DNA of 64,000 bases, from the NCBI RefSeq assembly GCF_038025025.1, contig NW_027117342.1, positions 310,001-374,000 on the forward strand. Direction: 5' to 3'. The notes below the pieces were generated by a model. The model did not search any database and was not told the origin of the DNA. It saw only the letters and a program-made list of their open reading frames with translations. Source of the DNA: Phyllosticta citribraziliensis. Lineage: Eukaryota. Below are positions 11,702 to 22,800 of this stretch, piece by piece. A program made the position numbers and the translations under genes. Within the stretch, counting starts at the first letter, position 1, and the number at the start of each line of letters is the position of its first letter.

Positions 11702-14251
11702 CTACAAGTTGCTTGCGTCGGTCGAGTTGCGCGCAGACTTGACGTCAACCAGTCTTGCGCTGCCGTTTGAGAGGCGTGCTTGATTTTTTGGAATTTTGAT
11801 GCTCGAGGCTCGATGGATTTCTGGACTTTCGTCCAAGCTGGCCGTCTCTCTTGCGTCTTCAAAGACGGGCGTTGTTGGCTCAACACCCTCCATCTCGTCA
11901 GCAGCGTCTTCGGCGCCGGCTGACACTTCTGGCGCAGACCCTTGATCCGTCGTAAGGTATCCTAGCAGACCCTCTTGAGACTTGTGACGTTGTTGGTGGA
12001 CGACGGTGGGACGTCGTTGAAGGGGTTCCTGGTGAAAGTGCTCTGCTGGGCTTCCTTGACGAGCGTCCGCACCAGCTTCTGCATCTTCGGCAAGCGCGAA
12101 GCTACTGGCCTTGTTGCCGTCCTGGCGAGTACGCGATCGCTCATCGGGGCCTGGAGTAAGGCGACGGAAATACTCGTCGTCCGGGATACCAAGATCCTCG
12201 TAAGACATGCGCTGCTCTTCGCGAGGTTTTCGTGCAGAGCCAGGGCCATATCCAGAGCCGTAGCTGCTGCGCATCCCCTTCGAATGTCTCACTGGCTTGC
12301 CAGAGAGCCATGAGCCTTCGGAATCGACAGAGGCGAGAGATGTTGACATGAGGGCAGATGATCGGCCGGGCATGCTGACGGGCGAGTCGGTCCGAGTCTT
12401 GTCGTCGGCGCCAACAGACGTAGGTGGAACTGGAGAATCGAAGATATCCGGTGTTTCCGTGAAACCCCGCACAGCAGCGCCTCCAGAAGCAAAGTCTGGG
12501 GACTGAACTCTTGAATCAGGCGGTGAAATGGGCAGTTTTTTATCGAATCGCTCGGGCAGGTCCTCACGAAACTTGGATTGAGTGCGGACAGGGGTGCCCG
12601 AAGGTTTGCGAGCCAATTGTGGCTGCGAGGTGACGTGTGGGGGAAAGGCGTGCTTGCCCATCGATTCTCGCGAAGTGTTTGAAAAAGAAACGTCGGATGG
12701 GACGGTCGGTGAGGCTTGCTCTGACGACTTTTTCCGCAGTGCAGAGGGCCTGCGGCGGAAAAATGAAGTCCAACCGCGACGGCCCTCGCCACTCTTTCTC
12801 CGCGAGGTAGAGGAACTTCGACTGACGCTGGAAGGCTCGGCGGCCGAGTATGTGTGCTCGTAGCTAAGCTCAGGGAGCTCTGACACGTACGAGTGTTCGC
12901 GTCTGTGCTGGTGAGCAGGGGAGGGCGACAGGGGCGGCGACATGTTTTCTGAAAAGCGAGATGGCCTGCCGCCATCAAAGGCAGAATCTGTGGCGGGCGA
13001 TTTCATCGGAGCATCTTCGACTTTGCCTTTGGCAGGTGCCGGATCGCTCGCATGAACCTTGTGGGAAGATCCGTCGTCCTCGTGAGCATCTGCAGCCCCA
13101 CTGCCACTGGCGACGGGCTGCTCGGCTGGGGCAGACTCGTAACCGATTCCAAGAGCATCGTCTAAAATCGCATCTGCCTTTTCGGCGGCATGCCTCTCTC
13201 GTCTCCGCTCTTTTTCTCTCTGTTTTTCAGCGCGACGCTCCAGCTTTTGCCTCAGCTTCTCCTCGTCCAGCTTGCGCTTTCTTTCTTGCCTCCTCTGGTC
13301 CCTCTCCATGAGCTCCCTCAATGTCCCAGAGTCCATGTCGTCAGCCAAGTCGTCAATGGTCTTGTTCTCCTTCAACACATCTTTGCTGATGGGAGATCGG
13401 CGCATGGACGAATCGGCTCTCGAGTTGTTGGTGGAGCGGTCTACAGGGTTAAAGGTGTAAAAGTTGCCACTGCCACCAGAGTGACGGATGGTGGGGCGAG
13501 GGGCAAAAATGTCGAGCGGATTGACCTTGAACGAGGCCGAGAGGAGCTCGGAGAGGCCGCCAGACATGGAGGAATGGACCGAGTCGCCCATTGGCAGGGA
13601 CAGGTCGGACTGGTCCCTGGCGCTGCGCCTCTTTTTGCTGATTCTTCGCATGATGGAGCCAGAGTTGGGAGCAGGACGCTTGACGGGGACGGGAGTACTC
13701 ATGGCTCGAATCTCCTCCTCGCGGGCGTGGTCGTCCCGTCTCCTCTTGGTCGAGTTGCGGCGGGGGACGGGGTCGTTGTTCCTGCGCTTCTTTTGCAACT
13801 TGCCGCGCTCTCTGGCAGTGGGCAGGCTTGTGTGGGAGGCCGAAAGTATTTGTGGACTTGCGGGCAAGTCGTACAGCATGTCAGCGTGGTCGCGATTCGC
13901 GGGTCGCAGGTGCGGGCTAGCGCCGAGAGGATTAGTCACAGGTAGAGCAGTGAGGATGTCGGGCTCGGTGGCGCAGGAGGGCTCAGGGTCCGTATCTATG
14001 CGTGACGGAGCGACTGGGACCCTCTCCTTTTCTCTCGATCTCGACGCACAGTCGGATTCTGGGGAGGCCCTCCTCTTGCCCCGCCGTCGCTTGGATCTTG
14101 TGCTCGGGCGGCGGGCAGGGCCAAGGGGCTTCGCTGCAGCAGGGCTAGAGGCGCCGCGGCTAGCAGGCCTGCTCCCTCCAGCGGACGCCAGGCCCGCCAC
14201 GGACGACGGGGGACGGCGGCCTTTTCGCCTGCCAAAGGGCCAGACAGACAT
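11702..14251 (-). CDS. Hypothetical ~850-aa Ser/Arg-rich protein with central charged coiled coil
   Basis: Long uninterrupted ORF; first ATG 14251 in gccgccATG context (MSVWPFGRRK); LRELMERDQRRQERKRK..EKQREKERR coiled-coil segment. Confidence 0.8.
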   Translation of the reverse strand: MSVWPFGRRKGRRPPSSVAGLASAGGSRPASRGASSPAAAKPLGPARRPSTRSKRRRGKRRASPESDCASRSREKERVPVAPSRIDTDPEPSCATEPDILTALPVTNPLGASPHLRPANRDHADMLYDLPASPQILSASHTSLPTARERGKLQKKRRNNDPVPRRNSTKRRRDDHAREEEIRAMSTPVPVKRPAPNSGSIMRRISKKRRSARDQSDLSLPMGDSVHSSMSGGLSELLSASFKVNPLDIFAPRPTIRHSGGSGNFYTFNPVDRSTNNSRADSSMRRSPISKDVLKENKTIDDLADDMDSGTLRELMERDQRRQERKRKLDEEKLRQKLERRAEKQREKERRRERHAAEKADAILDDALGIGYESAPAEQPVASGSGAADAHEDDGSSHKVHASDPAPAKGKVEDAPMKSPATDSAFDGGRPSRFSENMSPPLSPSPAHQHRREHSYVSELPELSYEHTYSAAEPSSVSRSSSTSRRKSGEGRRGWTSFFRRRPSALRKKSSEQASPTVPSDVSFSNTSRESMGKHAFPPHVTSQPQLARKPSGTPVRTQSKFREDLPERFDKKLPISPPDSRVQSPDFASGGAAVRGFTETPDIFDSPVPPTSVGADDKTRTDSPVSMPGRSSALMSTSLASVDSEGSWLSGKPVRHSKGMRSSYGSGYGPGSARKPREEQRMSYEDLGIPDDEYFRRLTPGPDERSRTRQDGNKASSFALAEDAEAGADARQGSPAEHFHQEPLQRRPTVVHQQRHKSQEGLLGYLTTDQGSAPEVSAGAEDAADEMEGVEPTTPVFEDARETASLDESPEIHRASSIKIPKNQARLSNGSARLVDVKSARNSTDASNL

Positions 14252-15693
14252 GGCGGCGGCGGCGGCGCAGATGCGGGAGCGCGCCCGGCAGTACAAGCTG
14301 CGGCGAGACGTGACCGACGACAGGGCCCCTTGAGCGGGGTGCCGGGTTTCGAGAGTTGGCGTTTTGGCAGAGTGGGTGAGGTGAGGGCGAGTCCAGGTCC
14401 AGAGGGTGGTGGGTATTTTCAATCGGAGATTGGCAGTGGAGGAAGCGGTGGCGCATCAAGTCAAGCCATGGAGTCGGGGGGAGTGGGTGGTGGTGGTGGT
14501 CGTCGTCGTCGTCGTCGCGTGGTGAGAGGTGGCAGAGGGCAAAGAGGGTGGTGTGGGTTACGACAGGAGCGTTTGTGGCTGCTTTGTATGGGGTGCGTTG
14601 GAGTGAGGAAGAAGCATGGTGTGCAGGCAAGGGAGAAAAAACAGACAAGTCGGGCTGCAAGGGCACGTCTGGTGATGAAGGGCTCTTGAAGCCAGGCTGC
14701 GCGCACTGCTTCGCGTTTAACTTGACGGTCGAGGAGCGATCGCTGCGTGGCGTATTGCTCAGTGCAGGTCGCTGGTCGACCGGGGGGCGATAGACGGATG
14801 ACGAGAGTGCCTCTACGAACCAGGCCGGCCACAACGGTCCCGTCAGGTCATCCATGGCCACGACCACGACCACAACGAGGGATCAAGTTAAGCGTACCGC
14901 TCCGTACCGTATCCAGGCTCCGGCTCTCTAAAAATACAGCCAGCCCTCCAAGACCAAGACCAAGACCACCTCAAGACGGATTCCTCACCTGGAGAGGTAG
15001 TGGGCCCGCAGCTGACCGTCTGCCTCGACTCGCCCTCCCCTCTCCCCTCTGTGGCGACTGAGGTCGAGACAACGTGGACTGAGCGACCTGTAACCAGGCA
15101 CCGCCAATCATTTTGCATGCCAAACCCCTGCCCGCATCCCCGCCCTGCATCATCGGCGTCGCCTGCTGCTGTCCATTGGCTCGCTGCTCGACGCCATCGG
15201 GTTCCTGCTTGGACGAGACGACGTATACTCTCGCTCGCATGCACAATTGAATTCCTGTTGTAAGTGCTGTAGCCGAGCAGTACCCATCCATGTCCACTCA
15301 GCTCGCATTCATGTGCACCCGCCCGCTGCAGCCCGCCTCTCTTTGCTCGTGCGGGGCCTGAGTAATCCCGTTGCAGACGCCATCCCCTTGAATAACTCTG
15401 TCAATCAACGTCGTTTTCCATCCGTCAGGCGTCAAACGTCTACTTTGCATCGCCTGGCACATGTCACGTCCCTCCGACGAGTCCACCGGCCTTTCTGATC
15501 GTCCCTTGGTTGGTGGTGCCGCCCGGCCCGCTGATCCAGTCACGTGAGGCTCACATTGCCGGCATTTCTCCGGCACCGGCATCGGCGATTCGGCACCTCT
15601 CGCCGGGACGACCGCCCCGGCTCTGTTGTCTTGCCTGCCCAATGTAAACAATCACTACTCCAACCACGCTCCAAATTCCCACCGCACTTCGCC

Positions 15694-17906
15694 ATGGACT
15701 ACAACCCGCGCATGAGCACGGCGCCGCGCGTCTCCACAATGAACAACCATCGCAGCCGCGCCCAGGAGGAGGACTCGTTCATGACCTTGGTGCGCAACAC
15801 TCTGCGCCTCTGCCCGCGCATTCTGACCTATTCCAGCCCGACAGAGAAATCGCCTCATGCATCAGCGACATTGGCATTCACTTCACCATCGCCGACCTGC
15901 AAAAACCAAACCCGCAACAAATCCAAAAAGTCTTCGAATGGTTTGCCGAACTCTTGATGAACACGACGCGCGAAGTCGTTGCGCCGGCAATGAGGGCCGC
16001 AGCAGAGGACATGGCAGGCGAAGACATGGCCGACCGAGTCTTTACAGCCGACACAAGAGACCTCATGGGCTTCTTTGTCATTTTGAGAAAGCTGTTGCTC
16101 GAGGCAAGTCGCCGCCAATTATGCGCGGGGCAACAACTAACTCAATCCAGTGCGGTATCCACGACTTTACCTTTCAAGACTTGTACAAACCGACGCGCGA
16201 ACGCCTCGTCAAAATCTTTTCCTACATCATCAACTTCATCCGCTTCCGCGAATCGCAAACATCCGTCATTGACGAGCACTTCAACAAGTCGGAGCGCACC
16301 AAGCTCCGCATCGAACAACTCTACCACGAAAACCAAGACAAGGAAAACCACCTCGGGGAAGTCGAGCGCACGCGCAAAGCCACCGAGGCGCAAATGGCCG
16401 CCAAGGAGCGGCGCCAAAAGGAGCTCAAGCAGCGGCTGCTGGATCTAAAGATGGGTCAGGAAAAGGTTGTCGAAAAGCTTGAAATGGTCAAGGAGGACCA
16501 GCGGCGACTCAAGGAGCTGCTCGAGAACAAGACGGAGCAGACCATGGTGGCGCGCCAGGAAGCGGCAAAGTTGCGGCCGTACACGACACAGAGCCCCGGC
16601 GCCCTCGAGTCATCGCTCAAAGAGCTGAGCGCCAATCTGGCTGCCGATCGCATGCAAATTGACCAGCTGGATCGGCGCGGCCGCGCGCTGCAGACGTCGT
16701 CGGATACCTTTACCGCCGTCACTGCCGACGTCGAGGGCTGCACGCGGCTGCTCAAGGAACTGGCCGACGAGCTGAAGCGCGAGGAGGACCAGCTGAACAA
16801 GGCGCAGCGGCACCGCGATGCACTGTCGGAGCGGTCAAACAATGTGCGCGACGTCGAGCGGCAGGAGAAGATGCTGAAGAAGCAACTGGCCAACGTCACG
16901 GCGCGGACGGAGAAATTACGAAAGGGCGCAGAGGAAAAGGCAGAAATGGCCCGAGGCCGCATGCAAGAGTTGAGAGATCTGCACACGAAGCTCACCGAAG
17001 AGCGAGGCGAGAAGGGCAGGGAGATGGAGCGACGGCGCGTCCGGATCGAGCAGACGGAGAAAAAGGTACGTCCATGTTTTTTTTTTGCTTTTTCTGCTGC
17101 TGTTCCCTTCTGCAACATGTTTGCCCTTGCGCATGCTCCCACGCCATCCCATTGGCCTTTTTTCCACCCATCGTCTTCCCCGTCCCACGCTTCAGCCTCA
17201 GTCCAGCTGCCTCCTCCCTGCGCGGCACTTGTTCTCATCGCGCCACGCCGCGCCACGCCACGCTACGCCCACTTCAGCCGCAGCGCTCTCCCCATACGAT
17301 CCATCCGGCAGGGGTCTCGGAGAGCGGGGGTCATCGCTGGAGCAACCTCCCCCTGGCAGCGCGCGTAGCGTGGGCGTGGCGCGGCGCAGCGCAGCCCCGT
17401 CCAGCGCCATCCATGGCTGCTTTCCATGGCGTGCGCTTCTAGCGCTTCTCCTCGTCGTTGTGGCGTCACGAGAATCGCGAGCCTTGCATGGATGGCGGGA
17501 TGGTTGGATGAGCAAATCGGATGCGGGAAAAAAGAAAGTCGATGGTGCGGCGCGAGCTGCTGCCGGCGCAGGGGAGAAAAAGCAAATTGTGGATGGGATG
17601 GGGTCATCCCGTCCGTTCGTTCGTTCGTCTTGAGGCTGAAAGGTGGTTGGGATGTTGTGCTGCGTTGGCCTTTTCGTCCTCTTTTCTCTCATGTCCTTTT
17701 CCTTTTTCTTGCTCGCACCGCCCACCCTCTTCATTTCTGAATTGATTTGCCATGTCATCCTCGCGCTGTGCTAATCCACCGTCAAATAGATGCAAGACCT
17801 CAAGGAGAACATCGAGGCCGAGGTGCACGCCGCGCACGACGAGTACCTCAAGATGGAATCGCACATCAAGCTGTACATTACGGAGATGGAGTCGAGTATT
17901 TCGTAG
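15694..17906 (+). CDS. NUF2: Kinetochore Ndc80-complex subunit Nuf2
   Basis: Exons 15694-15789, 15837-16103, 16151-17065, 17790-17906. Motifs [52 protein letters not shown], long coiled coil, C-terminus [16 protein letters not shown]. Confidence 0.95.
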
Positions 17907-20667
17907 GTAGATAGGTGGACTGCGGGTAGGATTGGGTGTGGGAGCAGGGGGTGTGTGTGGTATGGTATGGTATGGGTGTCTTTTTTGTGGAGTTGGGATG
18001 GGCAAGGGGTTTAGGGGGTAGGGGACAGGGCAGGGCAGGGCAGCGGGGTACGGTTTATGAATGAACGACCTTCCTAATTTTTCTTTCCCCCCTCATTTGG
18101 ATCAGTAGATGAGTTCGTACTGTTTGCATCGAGGGTTATTGACGACGGGTGGACGGAGGAGATGCACGGTATCCCTACACACCAACACTTCTCTGTCGAA
18201 GCAGAAGAAGAATGGTCGTCGCTCGCAAGGCCACCACCGGCGCACCGCGGTTTTCGTAAGTACAGGTGAGCGTTGTTGTCGTTCGTGAGTTAATGTGTGT
18301 ATAAAATTCGGGTGTTGTGTATTGTGTGCGTGTCGTCAACCGACCAACGAACGGCAACTCAATAAGGTCCTGTTTTAAATGAGTTCCTGAGTGGGGAGTG
18401 GGTGGGTATGATAGAAGTGCATGTATATGTGACTGCAGTGTTTTGACGTGGTGGCTCAGAGTTCGCCGTAACCGACGTCCTCCCATTCCCTTCATCTTTT
18501 TGTCTCGCAGGTGATTGCAAAGAGACGGAGAAGTAAACGCTGATGATGATGGCTTGGCTTACAGCAAGCAGGTAGGTCACTCACTGGCGCCGTGCCATGC
18601 CACGCCACGCATAGATACGTACATGTAGCTTCTCAAGTCCCAACAACGCAGCTTGCGGCTACGTTGACGCCACGCCACGCCGTTCATCGTGTCTTGTGTC
18701 TGAATGACTGACCATCACTGTGGTAGGGCGCTGTATCGCGTCTGTCGCGTCTGAATGGCTTCCTATTTACTCTTGCTCTTGCTCTTGCTCTTAGTCCTGT
18801 TTCTGCCATGTTCCCCTCCTCTAAAGCTTCATCCTTAACCAGCCAGACCAACAAACCAACAACAAACAACCACCGTGACAAAAAGAACAGCAGTCGCGAC
18901 CGCCATCGCTATCCCTTGAATACCCGCCGCGTCAATGTACCGGCCGCTAAAAGAACAACGACGCATGCGACGCGTGCGATCTAGAGGAAGAAGGGGCAGC
19001 CTTCTAACCGTCCTACTTCTTCACCCCTCCTCCTCCTCCTCCTCTCCTTCGTCTAATGCTTCTTCTTCCTCCCCCACCCTTTTCCCCTTCCTCATCTTTT
19101 CCCCCGTCGTCTTCTTCTTTGTTGTCGTCGTCGTGTGCTGCCGCTGTCGACCCGCCGCCGTCTCTCTCACCCCATCGACTCCTTCTCCCTCTCCTCCCTC
19201 TCCTCCCTCTCTTTCCTCTCCTTCTCTTTCACCCTCACGCGTTCTTTCCGGCACTGCTGCTTCTTCTTCACCTCCTTCACATTTTCCATTTTCTTCGTCT
19301 TCAGTCTTTGCTTTCGGTGATGCTGGCGGCGGCGTCCACACATCAAGCCTGTACCCGCCTCATTTTCCGCCGCTGTGCGGTTTTGGCACCGCCGCTTTCG
19401 GTCGGGCCGTAGTGTTGCAGAGTGTGGCGCTCGTTTGTGACTTAGATTGAGGTGGCAGGATGGCGGCGATGGTGCGGAAGGCTTTGTCGTTGTCTTCTTT
19501 TTCATGATTGTCTTTATTTTTAGAGGTGGTAGGGCGAGGGTGAGGACAAGGGCGCTTAGGTTGAGGTGGCGGATCGAGAGCGAGGGTGTCTGCGTTGGCC
19601 ATTTTTCTTTTCTTTCGTGTAGGGTGGTGGGTAGCTGAGTTGCAGTCTTGACCACGAGGGAAGTTTTGACAGCGTGAGTGAGATTAAGAGAGAAGGGGGG
19701 TTGGGTGGTGCAGTAGCTTGGCGGTGAGTGGTGACGAGAAGAACAGAAGAAGAGAAAAGGAGAAGCAAGGCAGAGAGAAGTCAGTCAGTCGCTCTCTATA
19801 CCTTCGCGGTTCGACTTTTGGCTGACGAGTCTCGCTGAGCCTCTCCACCACGCTGTATTTGTGTTTCGCCTGGGGACGAAAGGCTGAGATTGTGGTTTAG
19901 ACATAGAGGCACTGCATCACATCCATGGTCGATAGATTCTCAACACACACCCGACATCACAAGACGACGACGTGTGAAACAGCCTGAAGAACAAGGGTGG
20001 AAGTGAGCAGCGTAACAATCCATATGCACGCACGAAACTTTTCCCCTCTCTCTCTCTCTCTCTCTCTTTCTCGCCCCGACTCTCTCGCCCGCGCGGTCCA
20101 TCTACGCAACCCCACCGCGCAGCGTCTCCTGCATCCGCATCCGCTTTTGAGTAATTACCCGCGCAACCAGAACGACGCACCACGCATCATGCGTGCATCC
20201 GTATGTGCCGCCGCCGCTGCCGACCCAGCCTAGCCTAGCCCAGCCGAACCGAACCCACGCCATGAACAAAATATACCGACAGAAGAGGGAAGGAAGGGGA
20301 GAGAAAAGAAGCGGAAAGAGATGGTTCGTTGATTTGGAAAGGAAGGGAAGGAAAAAGTGAAAGTGAAAAAAACGGAAATAAAAGGCAAATTATGGCACCG
20401 GTCCTGGTATCTTGAGGTGGAAGAGGAAGAGGAAGAGGAGAGAGATGGAAAGGTAAAGGGAAAAGTGTGAACTGAACGGCGGAGGTAGGCGATTGAATGT
20501 TGGTCCTGCCGTTCCCGATGCGGTGCCGCGAAACAAAACCAGACCGACAGCGCCGTCCGTGCCTGACAACGCTGGGAAGATGGACGACTGGGAAAAAATG
20601 GTGTAGTAGGAATGGAGAGGCCGGCCAAATGTGGAGGCGGCTAGAGACGTGATGTGACGACGACAAC

Positions 20668-21976
20668 TTAGAGCCACCACCCGGTGAAATCCAAAAACCG
20701 GTCCATGGCCTCGTTCAAGTCGACGCCTCTCATCTCGCCCCGCCGCCGCTTCTCCCACAGCCCCTTGACGATGCCCTCGAGCACCATCTTGGCCTCGAGC
20801 CCCGCGTACTTGCTGCCGTCGCACGCCAGCACCTCGACTCGCCCGTTGGCCCACCGCTCGCTCAGGTCGACGCCAAAGGTCGCGTACCCGTACGCCGCGC
20901 CGGCCGCCGACGCACGCTCGCTGGGCAAGAGATGGTACTGGTGCTGACCCGCCTGCTGCTGCGGCGGCATGGGGATGATATCAGGGAGGACACCGTAGCC
21001 AGCTGCTCCGTTGCTGCCTAGGGCGTGTGAAACATCCCACCGCATTCCGCGAGCAAACGCAACGCCGCGGACGCTCACGCGCAGCTGGCGCAGCGCGTTG
21101 GCGCACGGCGCGTCCAGGCTGGCGACCCACGACTTGAAGCTGTCGTAAAAGTCGCGGTACTCGAGCTTGACCAGCCACGTGTTGGAGCTGTAGTACATTT
21201 CGAGCGCCTCGGCGCGCATCAGCCGGCAGATGCCCGCCAGCGGGTGCTGGCGCCGGTTGCGGAACAGTGACAGGCAGTAGATGAGCGGCTGCGAGTTTGT
21301 CAGGTGCGGGATGTGCTGGTAGATGAGGCGGCGGATTTCTGGCGGAAGGGTGAGCAGCGTTGGACCGCCCGGGCTGGTCGCGACGGTGGCAGTAGAGCGC
21401 GATTCATTTTGATGGTGGGGGCGGGAGTGGGGGTGCCGAGCGTGGGGGCCTGGGCCTGGTTGATTTGGGTTGAGGTGGGCGACGAGGTGGTTGTTGGGAG
21501 AGGATGAAGGACAGGTGGTGGTGGTTGAGAGCGGAATGGGAGCGGTCGCGTGACCTGCAGTTTGGTGGTGAAGGAAGCCGGCGGGTCCAGAAGGGCGGCC
21601 GTCGGTCGAGAGCAGCGGTTGCGACAGCAGAGGCAGGTTGGCCCTCATGGGATGCTGGTCCTGGGCTGAGCGAGAGTCGGTCTCTGCTGGAATGGGCGGG
21701 TCGACCGAGACGCTGCTCATGGGCGGCACGACATAGTCGGACTTGAGCGACGAGAAGGGATCGGGCTGGAGCTGGGCGGGGCTCGCAGGCGAGTCGACGG
21801 AAACGGAGGCATTGCTGCATGGCGAGTTAGCATAGGTAGAGTCAACGGCCGTGGTTGATTGAGGCTCATCACACTGACCTTGGCGATGGTGGAGCAGCAG
21901 CGGCAGCAGCTTTGGCACAGCCCACCTGAAAGGCGGTGCCTGGCTCGACGGAACGGCGTCGTTGGAGGCTGGCCAT
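20668..21976 (-). CDS. F-box-like (LLTLPPEIRRLIY) domain hypothetical protein
   Basis: ATG 21976 (MASLQRRRSVEPG); intron 21878-21815 (GTCAGT..GCTAAC..CAG) joins in frame to the long ORF; motifs LLTLPPEIRRLIYQHI and LAGICRLMRAEALEMYY. Confidence 0.8.
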
Positions 21977-22800
21977 GACGGAGGTGAAGAGGGAGGGCGG
22001 GGAGAGAGTGAGAGAGAGAGTGAGAGAGAGGAGGTCTGTGACGGCAGTGGAGCAGAGCAGAGGGCGAGCAGAGCAGGCGGAGTCGTGGTGAATGAAATTT
22101 GTTCAGTCGACTACTGGTGGTAAACGTGTCAGAGCCATGGCGGCACAGGACGGATGCGAGGCGAGGCGATGCACTGCGCTGCGCTGCGCTGCACTGCGAT
22201 GCGATGTCATGTAATGCGCTGCGCTGCGCGTGCCACCGACAGCTGCCCGCTGCCCGCTGCAGCCCTGCGCTGCGTCCTGGTTCAATCCGCCGTCTCAACT
22301 GCCTTGGACTGATTCGGCCTACTCTCCCTTCGACCACTCTCCCGCTCCATGGGCCAAGCTCCCGCTACCTCTTCCTCCTCGCGGCCTTGGCCCCGCCCCT
22401 CGCCGCCTTGATCCCTACAACCTCGACCTTTATCGTCACATCACGTCATGCCGTGACCTTCGCTTCTTGATACTCGCTCTGATTGTTGAGGCTCGGGGCC
22501 ACTATCGTCGAGAAGCAACATACATTGATTCGAAGCCCATTCCATCCCATCCCATCCCATCCCATCCAATGCAGCTGCCGACAAAACTCCCTCCATCTCG
22601 CCACTAACCTTGTGGCGGCCGTGTCGAACTTTGTCATGCACATGTCAAGACAACTCCCATGTCCCACACCTATGTCTTGCCGCCGAGTCAGTCTCGAAAC
22701 CTGACGCAAACGCCCTCGTCGCTGCCAGCAAAATCCCAACTCAGCCACACACTGCCTTTGAAAACACCTCCATGCAAACTCTCGACCTTTTTGTCCACCA

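Noticed and set aside
17520..17610. RNase P/MRP identity for the NUF2 intron (GAAAGTC)
   Set aside because: No matching CR-V/P4 partner strand found on either strand.
22150..22275. GCGCT/GCGAG pentamer runs; also (CT)n 20045-20068, GAGCT 29856-29876, AGGCTACA x3 33973-33998
   Set aside because: Ordinary microsatellites in intergenic DNA or UTRs.
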